From assembly GCF_000022265.1 (NCBI RefSeq), contig NC_011979.1:2400001-2432000 (forward strand): DNA of 32,000 nt, written 5' to 3'. This stretch comes from Geotalea daltonii FRC-32 (GTDB taxonomy: Bacteria; Desulfobacterota; Desulfuromonadia; Geobacterales; Geobacteraceae). Shown piece by piece: positions 10,025 through 20,328 of the stretch (the first letter of the stretch is position 1; every line of letters starts with the position of its first letter). The translations under genes were made by a program, and so were the position numbers. The notes under the pieces were generated by a model. That model saw only the letters and a program-made list of their open reading frames with translations, was not told where the DNA came from and made no database searches.

Positions 10025-10537
10025 TTGCGAAAATTAATATTTTTCATTCTGCTGTACGTGACAGGAATTCTTTCCGGATGCGGGTACCACCATCTTGGGG
10101 GGATCGGTAGTTCGAATGATGGGCTGGACGGCGTTCATATCAGGATCTTTGCCAACAAGAGTTATCGGGCCGGTCTTGAAACGGTGGCGACCCAGAGTAT
10201 CATTGACGAGTTTGCCCGGCACAGCGGCGGCAACTCCGTGAATGAAACAACTGCCCGTCTTGTACTGAGCGGTGCCGTGCTTTCCTATGCCGTTGCTCCG
10301 GTTTCCTACACGGCAGCCGACCGCATTGCAGGGTATCGATCGACGGTAAAACTTGCTGCGAGCCTTGTCGAGCGACAAACGGGTAAAATCGTCTGGAGAG
10401 GTGAGGTTGCCGAAAGTCAGGATTATCCCGCCCAAGTTGACATTTCCTTGCAGCAAAATAGTGAGACTGCCGCCATAGCCGAAATATGCATTCGCCTGGC
10501 GGAACAGCTGCATGAAAAGATGCAGGAAGATTTCTAG
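10025..10537 (+). CDS. lptE: LPS-assembly lipoprotein LptE (RlpB family)
   Basis: Sits in the conserved leuS-lptE-holA order. Has a lipoprotein signal with a lipobox (ILSGC). The likely start is the TTG at 10025, 5 nt after AAGGTGG. The track start at 9971 would overlap leuS by 44 nt. Confidence 0.7.
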   Translation: MRKLIFFILLYVTGILSGCGYHHLGGIGSSNDGLDGVHIRIFANKSYRAGLETVATQSIIDEFARHSGGNSVNETTARLVLSGAVLSYAVAPVSYTAADRIAGYRSTVKLAASLVERQTGKIVWRGEVAESQDYPAQVDISLQQNSETAAIAEICIRLAEQLHEKMQEDF

Positions 10538-10546
10538 GTCCAAAAT

Positions 10547-11539
10547 ATGAAACCTGATGAATTTACCCGGGCGGTGGATAAAGGGAGCATCGCTCCCTTT
10601 TACTATCTTTACGGCGACGAGCCCTATCTGATAGAAAAGGGTGTAAAACGGCTGCTTGACAGGATCGTTTCCGCCGATTTCCGCGATTTCAATTTCAATA
10701 TTTTTTACGGCAACGAGTGCAAGGGGGAAGAGATCTTCAGTGCGGCCCAGACCCTGCCAATGTTTGCCGACCGGCGCGCCATTCTGGTCAAGAAAAGCCA
10801 GGATCTTTCAGCCGCCGCCCTTGATGTACTACTGACCTACCTGCAGAATCCTTCCCCTACTACCTGCCTGATTTTTCAGGGAGAAAAAATAGATCAGCGC
10901 AAAAAATTTTTTGCGGAAATAAAGAAGTCTGACTGTCTGGTGGAATTCAAGCGCCCCTACGAAAATCAGCTGGGGGCATTCATCCGTGAAGAGATAAAGG
11001 CCTGTGGCAAGCGCATCGATCCGGCAGCTGCCGACCTTTTGGCTTATATGGTGGGGAATAACCTCCAGGAACTGGCGTCGCAGATTGAGAAAGTGGTTAC
11101 CTATTGTGGCGGCAGAGACAGCATTCTTATGGATGACATAAAAGCTGTGGTCTCGGACACCAAGGTGGACACGGTGTTTGAACTGGCAGATGCGGTCGGC
11201 GAAAAAGATCCGACCAAAGCCATGCGTACCCTTTACACTATTCTGCGTGATGGGGAGGCACCCTTGATGCTTCTGGCCATGCTGGCACGTCATTTCAGGC
11301 AGCTCTGGCGAGTGCGTGAACTGATGGATCGCAGAGTGTCCAGCGCCGAAATCGGCAAGTCTGCCGGCATAAACCCATATTTTCTGAAAAAGGTCATGGA
11401 TCAGGCGCGAAACTACCGGACCGCTGAACTGAAGGTTATTTTTGAACGTCTGCTTGAACTGGATTCGGCGTTGAAAACAAGTGGCGGGAAACCGGCAGCT
11501 TTGCTGGAGCGGTTCACCATGGAGGTGTGCGGAAAGTAA
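10547..11539 (+). CDS. holA: DNA polymerase III delta subunit
   Basis: 330 aa. The N-terminus (APFYYLYGDEPYLIEKG...) and overall length are typical of HolA, and its position after lptE fits. Confidence 0.85.
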   Translation: MKPDEFTRAVDKGSIAPFYYLYGDEPYLIEKGVKRLLDRIVSADFRDFNFNIFYGNECKGEEIFSAAQTLPMFADRRAILVKKSQDLSAAALDVLLTYLQNPSPTTCLIFQGEKIDQRKKFFAEIKKSDCLVEFKRPYENQLGAFIREEIKACGKRIDPAAADLLAYMVGNNLQELASQIEKVVTYCGGRDSILMDDIKAVVSDTKVDTVFELADAVGEKDPTKAMRTLYTILRDGEAPLMLLAMLARHFRQLWRVRELMDRRVSSAEIGKSAGINPYFLKKVMDQARNYRTAELKVIFERLLELDSALKTSGGKPAALLERFTMEVCGK

Positions 11540-11563
11540 CCGTGTAGGGCAGGTGCTGATATT

Positions 11564-11596
11564 AAAAAAGGGATCCCTGCTTGGAATCCCTTTTAA
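11564..11596. terminator. Bidirectional rho-independent terminator between convergent holA and rpsT
   Basis: AAAAAGGGATCC-ctgctt-GGAATCCCTTTTAA. The stem is flanked by an A-run on one side and a T-run on the other, so it can terminate both strands. Confidence 0.6.
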
Positions 11597-11615
11597 CATG
11601 CTGTCTTATGATTCG

Positions 11616-11879
11616 TTAGCTCAGTGTATTAACCAGTTTGGTAAGGCGCGAGACGCTGCGTGAGGCATTGGAGGAGTGTATGACCCCTTTGGATGCGGCT
11701 CCGTCGATTACGGGGATTGCTGCAGCCAGCGCTTCTTTGGCAAGGTTGGCGTCTTTTGCTGCTACTGCTTCACGAACACGCTTTATGAAAGTCCGCAGGG
11801 TTGAACGGACATGACGATTTCTTTCTGTTCTTTTTTCTGTTTGCTTGATTCTCTTAAGGGCTGACTTGTGATTTGCCAA
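11616..11879 (-). CDS. rpsT: 30S ribosomal protein S20
   Basis: 87 aa. [35 protein letters not shown] is the canonical S20 N-terminus. Confidence 0.95.
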   Translation of the reverse strand: MANHKSALKRIKQTEKRTERNRHVRSTLRTFIKRVREAVAAKDANLAKEALAAAIPVIDGAASKGVIHSSNASRSVSRLTKLVNTLS

Positions 11880-11929
11880 ACTGCACCTCCATTTATTTAA
11901 AAAAGCCGTTTAAATTTTCGAAAGTTAGA

Positions 11930-11959
11930 TTTATAGCACTTGCTCCAGGATTGTGTCAA
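11930..11959 (-). promoter_or_regulatory. Sigma-70-type promoter of rpsT
   Basis: The minus strand reads TTGACA (11959-11954), an 18-nt spacer, then TATAAA (11935-11930), about 50 nt upstream of the rpsT ATG. Confidence 0.5.
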
Positions 11960-11983
11960 GAAGAATATCTTAGTATAAGGCGT

Positions 11984-12012
11984 AAAAAAGAGGCGGCCTT
12001 ACGACCGCCCCC
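11984..12012 (-). terminator. Rho-independent terminator after the octaheme cytochrome gene
   Basis: The minus strand reads GGCGGTC-GTAA-GGCCGCC followed by TCTTTTTT, 20 nt after the stop at 12032. Confidence 0.7.
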
Positions 12013-12031
12013 GAAATTTAAGAGCCTTCCT

Positions 12032-13399
12032 CTACCAGTCTTCCTTCTGCTTTTTCAGTACGTTTTCCAGGTAAATTTCAGGACTGGTCAGTCTTAAAAT
12101 TTCCTTGTCCGTGTAGCCCAGGTCCTTGAAATTCAGGACTCCATTGGGCGCGTGGCAGTTGGCACAGAAAAGGGCCTTGCCTTTTGTCACCAGATGATTG
12201 CTGCCGAAGTAAATGGTCTGCCAGCCAGGAACTGGAGTGTAGTTCTTGATGCCGAGAGTCTTTGCTGCCGAGGCTACTCCTGCCAGAGTATCACCGGTTG
12301 CCATCGGGGGGGCGAAATCCATGGAAAGCAGCTGCCCTGTCTTCTTATCGAAGAAAGCCTTGCCCTGAAATATTTTGAACGGATAAATCTTGCTGCTCTT
12401 GTCTTTTCGGCTGCCCTTCGGCCCGATAAAGGTTGGGGTGTTCTTCACGGTTTTGTTGTACCAGGCATAAACCGGTACCGTCTCATTGGCTTCTTTCCTC
12501 AGGGTAGTCGGCTCGTAAAATTTGTCCGATCCCTGTTCCCACTTGGTGAAATCCTTGGCGAAAGCACCCCCGGTTCTGGGAATATGGCAGGTCTGGCAGG
12601 CGATGCGGGTCGTGTGTCTATTCAGAGCTGCATCCTTGTGTGGGCTGTTACCATGGCAGGCAGTGTCCGCGCAGGATACGCGCACGCCGTCATTGGCCCA
12701 GTTGTTGGGGTCGAAGCCCGTTGGAATTTTGTGGTTTTTTGTTTTATGGCAGTCGACGCAGACCATTCCCTTTGCCGCATGGGCATCTGTTTCCTTGTTA
12801 AATGCAAATCCTCTTTTTACCAGGACTCCACCGCCTGCAGCTTCATGACAGACCATACAGTTCTTCACCGTCGGCTTGCCGATGGCGAGGGCTGCCTTAG
12901 TGCTCCTGTCCTGCCCCATGACGACTTCGCCTTTTTCATTCTTGAAGGGCTTTCTCTGGCGGAAATCGTAGTCGGTCGAATGGCATACCAAGCAGTCTAT
13001 GGCGCCTTCAGCATCTGCGCCGGTGCTTCCCACGTCACTCAAATGATTGCCCGGATGGCAGGTATTACAGCCGGTGAATTTTGTTTTTCCCGTTTCAGGA
13101 CTTTTGGGAATCTCCTTGAGGTTGTTGACGATATCGTTGCCGTTGCACATGGTGTAGATGCGGTTTTTCATGCCGTACTCTTTTTTCGGGTCAAGCCCTT
13201 CAACATTGTTTACCTTTGAGGCATGTTTCCAATGTACCGATTGAAGGAACCCTTTGGTTGTACCGGGATGGCATTCTTCGCAGGTTTCAGGACCCTTATA
13301 GCCGTTTTTCTCAATGCTTTCCTTGCCTGGATGATCAGCGGCCATGACTTGAACCACACCGAGCAACAGGCATAGAACCGTCGCAAAAAAATTCTTCAT
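12032..13399 (-). CDS. Secreted multiheme cytochrome c (7 CXXCH plus one CX4CH, so about 8 hemes)
   Basis: 455 aa with an SPI-type signal (LLLGVVQVMA/ADHP). Heme motifs are CEECH, CNTCH, CLVCH, CMVCH, CVDCH, CQTCH and CANCH, plus CADTACH. RBS is AAGGAG, 6 nt before the ATG. Confidence 0.9.
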   Translation of the reverse strand: MKNFFATVLCLLLGVVQVMAADHPGKESIEKNGYKGPETCEECHPGTTKGFLQSVHWKHASKVNNVEGLDPKKEYGMKNRIYTMCNGNDIVNNLKEIPKSPETGKTKFTGCNTCHPGNHLSDVGSTGADAEGAIDCLVCHSTDYDFRQRKPFKNEKGEVVMGQDRSTKAALAIGKPTVKNCMVCHEAAGGGVLVKRGFAFNKETDAHAAKGMVCVDCHKTKNHKIPTGFDPNNWANDGVRVSCADTACHGNSPHKDAALNRHTTRIACQTCHIPRTGGAFAKDFTKWEQGSDKFYEPTTLRKEANETVPVYAWYNKTVKNTPTFIGPKGSRKDKSSKIYPFKIFQGKAFFDKKTGQLLSMDFAPPMATGDTLAGVASAAKTLGIKNYTPVPGWQTIYFGSNHLVTKGKALFCANCHAPNGVLNFKDLGYTDKEILRLTSPEIYLENVLKKQKEDW

Positions 13400-13461
13400 G
13401 ACTGACTCCTTGTAAATATGAATTGATATATCATATATATTAATATTGCAATTTGCATTCT

Positions 13462-13494
13462 AAAGAAAAACGCTGCAATCTGATAACTACAGCG
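13462..13494 (-). terminator. Weak terminator or attenuator hairpin after the small secreted-protein gene
   Basis: The minus strand reads CGCTGTA-loop-TGCAGCG (5-6 bp stem, long loop) followed by TTTTTCTTT. Confidence 0.35.
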
Positions 13495-13523
13495 ATTGAA
13501 GAGAAAATCAATTGTTGATCAAA

Positions 13524-13850
13524 TCAGCATCCTGCAGTTTTCCTGAAAAGCTTGCTGACATTTTTGCCATTGACAACCTCATATTTGCAGCGAATCTCAT
13601 CACCATCTACAATGCGGTGATCTTTGAATTTATCCAGGGTAAGGTCATCATTTACTGTGATTTCGATCAGGTCGCCACTCTTGTTGTCCTTTAAAGTGGC
13701 AGTGGCTGTTTTGGCGTCCTTGCCGGCTATGTCGATCTTTGTGATGACACCGACCATCTTGATTTCTTCGGCACTGGCCGTAGAGGTGAAAGACAGACAG
13801 GTAATGCTGAAGATGGCGAACAAGATCATTAGTGAAACCAGCTTTTTCAT
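13524..13850 (-). CDS. Small secreted protein of unknown function
   Basis: 108 aa with a clear signal peptide (MKKLVSLMILFAIFSITCLSFTSTASA/EE). The mature part is about 80 aa, rich in K, D, I and V, and ends in Cys. RBS is AAAGGAG. I do not recognise the family. Confidence 0.6.
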   Translation of the reverse strand: MKKLVSLMILFAIFSITCLSFTSTASAEEIKMVGVITKIDIAGKDAKTATATLKDNKSGDLIEITVNDDLTLDKFKDHRIVDGDEIRCKYEVVNGKNVSKLFRKTAGC

Positions 13851-13925
13851 TTTGTTGCTCCTTTTTACGTTGAACTTTCGTTCTGTTTTATATCCGGCAC
13901 CAAGCCGAAAAACTTTGCTTCGTGA

Positions 13926-13950
13926 GAAAGCGAGGGGGTCAACCCCTCGC
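13926..13950 (-). terminator. Strong hairpin after the outer-membrane barrel gene
   Basis: GCGAGGGG-gtcaa-CCCCTCGC (8-bp GC-rich stem), 18 nt after the stop at 13968. The minus-strand U-run is poor (CTTTCTC), so termination may be partial. Confidence 0.45.
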
Positions 13951-13967
13951 TTCTTTTGTACATCATA

Positions 13968-15440
13968 TTAAAATTTGACCTCAAAGGTGGCATAGATATT
14001 CTGAGCAGACTTCAGAGGTGCAAACATTTGCGCATTCATGGGGCTGGCGGTCAGATCTGCAATTTTAACCGGAGCACCCACCCAGTTGTTGCTGCCGGTG
14101 TATTCGAAGTCGTAGTACTGATAGCCGAGCCGGAAGAAGACCTTGCTCAGGTATGAGGAAATGGGCTGCAGCTTCAGTTCCTGAATTATATAAGCTTCAT
14201 AGACATTGCCGCGAGTACCCAGCTTGCTGGTCCACATATCATCAGCTGCCGGATCGAAAGGCATCCAGTATTTGGAACCATAGTTGTATTCAGCGCCGAG
14301 CTTGGTGCCGGTAGGCAGATCATAGCGGAGACCGACATAGGCGGAGTAGCCGGTGTTATCCTTCACATCGGTGCCGTTCATAAGCAGTCCTGCGCCGGAA
14401 TCGGGTGAGCCTGCACCTGCAAGCAATGCATGATTGCCGTTGGGATGGGTGATGCTCATGCCGGTGCTGGCAAAGAGGTTCAAGTTGCCGGGGCCGACAT
14501 TCTTAAGGGTGCTGAGGGCGCCGAGACCATACCAGTCGATGTCGCCCAGCTGGTTGCCCACATTGTTGGGGTTGTCGAAGATGTTGAAACCGCGGTTCCA
14601 CTGGAAATCAAGCCGAAGGGGGTCGGTGTCAATCGGCACGATCTGAATGCCCATCATGTCCGTATCCCGCAGATTGTTCTGGCTGCTGTAGCCGGCTTCG
14701 AAGCCGCGGCCGTAGCACAACTTTGTGTAGGCACCGGGAAGCGCCTCAATGTCAGGAGCGTAACCCAGGGTCAGACCATCGAAGGCATAGTCCACCAGAA
14801 GGCCCGGAACGCCACCATTACCCGGCCTTTCACTGTTTTGCCTGACATGGGTAGGAGAACCGGCGGTTGAGGGGCGGCGGCCGACGGAGAACCAGATCGG
14901 CTGATCGGCGATGTTGCTCCAGGTTGCGAAAACCTGGTCGACGCGCAGGGTGTTGTCGCTGGGAACGTGGCCGATGGTGCCGTCGAGGATCTGGCTGCGG
15001 TCGGCAAAAAAGCCGGCATTGGTGGCATCGGCTGTGCCGTTGCCGGAGGTTTTGTACATGAGCAGCCTGGTTGTAACGGTTACGTCCTTGGTGGCCTTCG
15101 CTTTCAGGTTAAGGCCGAAACGGTTGGTCATAAGCGCATCGTTCTTCGGCTTGGACTCCGGCATCAGCACCGGCATGGCAGTTGGACCCATGAATTGATA
15201 GTAGCTGGGCACTTTGCCGCGCAGGGAATCGACCCGGAAACGGTAGTCGCCGCCGATGGTGAGCCAGCGGCCGATGGATTTCTCATCTGTTTTCTTCGTC
15301 TGCTGCTTCAGTGCTTCGACTTCCTTGGACAGGGCGTCCAACTTCTGCTGCAGGTCCTGGTCTGCCCCCATTGCAGGCATCGGCAGGGTAAATGCGAACA
15401 GCAACGAGCTTAGCAAGGTTTTCTTCAAAATGGGTTTCAT
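13968..15440 (-). CDS. Outer-membrane beta-barrel protein with an N-terminal coiled-coil segment
   Basis: 490 aa. Signal peptide (LLFAFTLPMPAMG/ADQ), then a charged helical stretch (DLQQKLDALSKEVEALKQQTKKTDEK), then alternating aromatic/Gly-rich beta-strand-like sequence. Ends with the OMP-type C-terminus YATFEVKF. Confidence 0.75.
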   Translation of the reverse strand: MKPILKKTLLSSLLFAFTLPMPAMGADQDLQQKLDALSKEVEALKQQTKKTDEKSIGRWLTIGGDYRFRVDSLRGKVPSYYQFMGPTAMPVLMPESKPKNDALMTNRFGLNLKAKATKDVTVTTRLLMYKTSGNGTADATNAGFFADRSQILDGTIGHVPSDNTLRVDQVFATWSNIADQPIWFSVGRRPSTAGSPTHVRQNSERPGNGGVPGLLVDYAFDGLTLGYAPDIEALPGAYTKLCYGRGFEAGYSSQNNLRDTDMMGIQIVPIDTDPLRLDFQWNRGFNIFDNPNNVGNQLGDIDWYGLGALSTLKNVGPGNLNLFASTGMSITHPNGNHALLAGAGSPDSGAGLLMNGTDVKDNTGYSAYVGLRYDLPTGTKLGAEYNYGSKYWMPFDPAADDMWTSKLGTRGNVYEAYIIQELKLQPISSYLSKVFFRLGYQYYDFEYTGSNNWVGAPVKIADLTASPMNAQMFAPLKSAQNIYATFEVKF

Positions 15441-15680
15441 GTCTTCTCCTTTACTTTTTTTATCCGGCGAGACCTTATTAATCTCGTCGGCAGACTTTCA
15501 ATTAACTTTAGCTTAAAATTCATTTAACCATATATTTCATTTCACCGATGCAATTCCCAGGCCCAACTATAGATACTTCTTTATATTCAAAATGTTATAT
15601 ATTTGTGGTACGGCAATGCCTGTTTTGCAAGTGGTTTAATGGCTACGCCATCCTGTCGAAAGACATGCACGGGAAATAGA

Positions 15681-15710
15681 TTGACGACTTAGCGGATAGT
15701 TGCGTAATAT
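15681..15710 (+). promoter_or_regulatory. Candidate sigma-70 promoter of miaB
   Basis: TTGACG (15681-15686), an 18-nt spacer, then TAATAT (15705-15710), 30 nt upstream of the miaB GTG. Confidence 0.4.
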
Positions 15711-15740
15711 TAACGGCAAATTAGGTGCTAAAGGATTAAC

Positions 15741-17063
15741 GTGATTAAAGAAAAACTGCTTTACCTGCAAACATTCGGCTGCCAGATGAATGTCAGTGAT
15801 TCGGAAAAAATTGCAGGCTTGCTGAAAAATATAGGTTATCGCCCCACCAATGATTCTTCCCTGGCTGATCTTATTATCCTCAATACCTGCAGTGTAAGGG
15901 CACGGGCGGAAGAGAAGGTTTATAACCACCTTGTCCAGTACAAGGGGCTGAAGCGCAAGAGGCCAAAAATACTGATTGGTGTTGGCGGTTGTGTCGCCCA
16001 GCAGGAAGGGGAACGGCTGCTGTTGAATATTCCTCATCTGGATTTTGTCTTCGGCACCCATAATCTGCATCTGCTGCCAGAGCTGGTTCTTTCTGCCGAA
16101 AAGGGGGAGCGTCAGGCAGAGACGGATTTCATCGACAATGACTCACGCCTTGATCTCTTTCCTGTAGACAACAGCACCAATGGCGTTTCACGTTTTGTCA
16201 CCGTGATGCAAGGATGTGACAATTTTTGTTCCTACTGCATCGTCCCCTATGTGCGAGGCAGGGAAATAAGCCGCCGATCAGCCGATATTCTCGAAGAGAT
16301 CTCCCAGTTGGCAGCTAAAGGGGTCAAGGAAGTAACCCTTCTGGGTCAGAACGTCAATTCCTATGGTCTGAAAAGCGATGGGGAGCTGGATTTCGTCACC
16401 CTGCTGCGTCAAGTCTCCGAAATTCCCGGCATTGAACGGCTACGCTTTACCACATCACATCCCAAGGATTTCTCACGGCAGCTCATTGACTGCTTTGCCG
16501 AAATGCCCAAATTATGTAAACACGTTCATCTCCCTGCCCAGGCAGGCAGTAATGCCGTCCTTTCGGCTATGAACAGGGGCTATAGCCGCGAAGAATATCT
16601 GTCGCTGATCGGACAGCTCAAAACCGTATCTCCGGGCATCCAGATTACCGGCGACATTATCGTCGGATTCCCCGGTGAAACAGAGACCGACTTCCAGGAA
16701 ACCCTGTCTCTTTTGGAGGAGGTTCGCTATACCGATGTTTTTTCCTTTATCTATTCGAAAAGACCGGAAACCAAGGCGGCAGGCTATACCGACCATATCA
16801 GCCAGAAGGAAAAACAGATGCGGCTCGACCGGCTGCTGGCAATGCAGCGAAAGATTACCCTGGAAAACAACAGAAGTTTTGAGGGAAGTGTGCAGGAGGT
16901 GCTCGTGGAAGGAGAAAGCCGGCGGGGAGGGCAAATCTACGGGCGGATCTCGGGCAACCGGATCGTCAATATTACGGCAGATCCAGCTCTGGTAGGACAA
17001 ATGGTAAGGGTGACGATTACCAGGGGAGAGCAGAACTCGCTGCAGGGTGAATTGTGCAACTGA
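15741..17063 (+). CDS. miaB: tRNA-2-methylthio-N6-dimethylallyladenosine synthase MiaB
   Basis: 440 aa. Has the N-terminal FGCQMN...NTCSVR...GGCVAQ cysteine triad, a radical-SAM CDNFCSYC motif and a C-terminal TRAM-like region. Confidence 0.93.
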   Translation: MIKEKLLYLQTFGCQMNVSDSEKIAGLLKNIGYRPTNDSSLADLIILNTCSVRARAEEKVYNHLVQYKGLKRKRPKILIGVGGCVAQQEGERLLLNIPHLDFVFGTHNLHLLPELVLSAEKGERQAETDFIDNDSRLDLFPVDNSTNGVSRFVTVMQGCDNFCSYCIVPYVRGREISRRSADILEEISQLAAKGVKEVTLLGQNVNSYGLKSDGELDFVTLLRQVSEIPGIERLRFTTSHPKDFSRQLIDCFAEMPKLCKHVHLPAQAGSNAVLSAMNRGYSREEYLSLIGQLKTVSPGIQITGDIIVGFPGETETDFQETLSLLEEVRYTDVFSFIYSKRPETKAAGYTDHISQKEKQMRLDRLLAMQRKITLENNRSFEGSVQEVLVEGESRRGGQIYGRISGNRIVNITADPALVGQMVRVTITRGEQNSLQGELCN

Positions 17064-17106
17064 ATTTAATGGGCAGAAATCGGTCAAAGATGTGCCAAGG
17101 AGACGC

Positions 17107-17604
17107 ATGTACTATAAAATGAAGATATACGGGTTTGCATTGGACTCCATTGCCCAGATGCCGGTAATAATTCTCAAGGACGATGCAGGGGAAAATTCGC
17201 TTCCGATCTGGATAGGCCAGCAGGAATCGGTCCCCGTTGCCCTTGAACTGATCAACCGGGACCTGATACGTGCCGGGAGTGGAGATCTGTTGACCGCGTT
17301 GATGCAGCAGCTTGAACTGAAAATTGAATCGATCGCAATCGAAAGCCTTCGTGACGGTGTCTTCAACGCATGTGTCAAGTTCAGCGGCAAAAGAAAGAAA
17401 ATCCGGGTTGAAATCAGGGTGACGGAAGCGTTGCTCACTGCACTGAAATATAAGATTCCGGTTATGGTCCACGAAGATGTGGTCAGGGAAGCGCCGCTGC
17501 TTGATCTGAAAGAAGGTAAGTTCTCAGGGGGAAATGATGCCCGACGCTTCGTCGATTTCCTGGAAAAGCTCGACCCGGCCACATTGGGAAAATATCCCAT
17601 GTAG
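17107..17604 (+). CDS. Bifunctional nuclease family (DUF151/BFN) protein
   Basis: IYGFALDSIAQMPVIILKDDAGENSLPIWIGQQESVPVALEL is the typical BFN N-terminus. I place the start at the ATG at 17107, 4 nt after AAGGAG. The track start at 17047 would overlap miaB. Confidence 0.72.
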   Translation: MYYKMKIYGFALDSIAQMPVIILKDDAGENSLPIWIGQQESVPVALELINRDLIRAGSGDLLTALMQQLELKIESIAIESLRDGVFNACVKFSGKRKKIRVEIRVTEALLTALKYKIPVMVHEDVVREAPLLDLKEGKFSGGNDARRFVDFLEKLDPATLGKYPM

Positions 17605-17613
17605 GGAAAAGCG

Positions 17614-17646
17614 GTCGGTGGTCGGCGGTCGGCGGTCGGCGGTGGT
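17614..17646. repeat. Tandem heptanucleotide repeat (GGTCGGY), about 4.7 copies
   Basis: ggtcggt ggtcggc ggtcggc ggtcggc ggtgg. It lies between the BFN stop (17604) and the M42 peptidase start (17678). Confidence 0.9.
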
Positions 17647-17677
17647 TAATTTGGCAATTAATTAATGGAGGTAGTTG

Positions 17678-18748
17678 ATGCGCGATCAATCCTTTGAATT
17701 TTTACAGAACCTTTTGGCGGCTCCCAGTCCTTCCGGTTACGAACAGCCTGCCCAGCGGGTTTTCCGCTCTTATGTCGCTCCATTCGCAGCGATCAGTACC
17801 GATGTCATGGGCAATGTCTTCGGTGCCATCGAGGGCGGCGGTGAAAATCGCCCACGGGTGATGCTGGTCGGTCATTCCGATGAAATAGGTTTCCAGATCA
17901 AGTATATGGATGACAACGGCTTCATCTATTTCGGCGCCATTGGCGGCGTCGATCCGCATCTTTCCACCGGTCAGAAGGTAAATATCCATGGCAGCAAGGG
18001 CATCATCCCCGGCGTGATCGGCAAGAAGCCCATTCATTTGATGGAGCCCAAGGACAGGGAAACAGTGGTGAAGCTGGACGCCCAGTACATAGATATCGGC
18101 GTAGCAAGCAAGAAAGAGGCGGAAGCACTCGTTCGTGTCGGTGATCCGGTGACCTTCGCCGTCAGTCTGAGCACGCTGCAGGGTGATCGTGTCACCAGTC
18201 GCGGGTTCGACGACAAGGCGGGAAGCTTTGTCGTTGCCGAAGTGCTGCGGCAGGTTTCGGAGTTGAGCGCCAAACTTCAGGTCGATCTGTATGGAGTTTC
18301 CTCGGTTCAGGAGGAGGTCGGGTTGAGGGGGGGCACCACCAGCAGTTATACAGTCAACCCTGATATCGGCATCTGCGTCGAGGTGGATTTCGCCACAGAC
18401 CAGCCTGACGTGGATAAGAAGCATAACGGCGAGGTGAAGATCGGCAAGGGGCCGATCCTGCCCCGTGGCGCCAATATCAATCCGGCTCTCTTCGATCTTT
18501 TGGCTGAAACGGCGGCTGCGGAAAACATTCCTGTCCAATTCACCGGCATTCCGCGGGCCACCGGCACCGACGCCAATGTGATGCAAATTTCCAGGGGAGG
18601 TGTCGCCACTGCCCTGGTGAAAATTCCGCTGCGCTACATGCACACACCCGTCGAGGTGCTCTCGCTCTCAGACCTGGAAAATGCGGTCAGGCTCATAGTC
18701 GCGACTCTGACCAGGATCAAGGACAAGCAGGTATTCATACCAAACTGA
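17678..18748 (+). CDS. M42 family metallopeptidase (aminopeptidase, often mis-annotated as endoglucanase)
   Basis: 356 aa. FLQNLLAAPSPSGYEQ, VMLVGHSDEIGF, SRGFDDKAG and SVQEEVGLRGG are typical of M42/FrvX-type enzymes. The ATG at 17678 lies 6 nt after GGAGG. Confidence 0.85.
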   Translation: MRDQSFEFLQNLLAAPSPSGYEQPAQRVFRSYVAPFAAISTDVMGNVFGAIEGGGENRPRVMLVGHSDEIGFQIKYMDDNGFIYFGAIGGVDPHLSTGQKVNIHGSKGIIPGVIGKKPIHLMEPKDRETVVKLDAQYIDIGVASKKEAEALVRVGDPVTFAVSLSTLQGDRVTSRGFDDKAGSFVVAEVLRQVSELSAKLQVDLYGVSSVQEEVGLRGGTTSSYTVNPDIGICVEVDFATDQPDVDKKHNGEVKIGKGPILPRGANINPALFDLLAETAAAENIPVQFTGIPRATGTDANVMQISRGGVATALVKIPLRYMHTPVEVLSLSDLENAVRLIVATLTRIKDKQVFIPN

Positions 18749-18789
18749 CCTGACAGAGTGTATACCCTCTTTAAGCCCTTTTAACTTGA

Positions 18790-20328
<1,539 letters not shown>

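Noticed and set aside
10829-11599. 256-aa minus-strand ORF
   Set aside because: It is antisense to holA and also spans the holA/rpsT terminator. It has no RBS or motifs. The same reasoning applies to 16512..17108 (antisense to miaB), 17702..18643 (antisense to the M42 peptidase), 29268..29969 (antisense to ACAD2) and 31075..31713 (antisense to the porin ORF).
12152-13219. 355-aa plus-strand ORF
   Set aside because: It is antisense to the multiheme cytochrome gene. The minus-strand product has a signal peptide and 7-8 haem-binding motifs, and the plus-strand product has nothing recognisable.
15606-15620. TGGTAC-ggcaa-TGCC resembling a sigma-54 -24/-12 element upstream of miaB
   Set aside because: GG-to-GC spacing is one nt too short (N9 instead of N10). 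No EBP is nearby, and a reasonable sigma-70 promoter lies downstream at 15681-15710.
13400-15740. Looked for GEMM-type cyclic-dinucleotide riboswitches in the leaders of the cytochrome and OMP genes, since these are common upstream of Geobacter cytochrome genes
   Set aside because: I could not find the conserved GGCAAACC / ACGCAAAGC-type cores on either strand in 13400-13523 or 15441-15740. Only a generic hairpin at 15464-15490 is present. A covariance-model scan would be needed to be definitive.
17047-17106. Upstream start of the nuclease-family ORF overlapping the miaB 3' end
   Set aside because: The ATG at 17107 has AAGGAG 4 nt upstream, and the conserved domain begins right after it.
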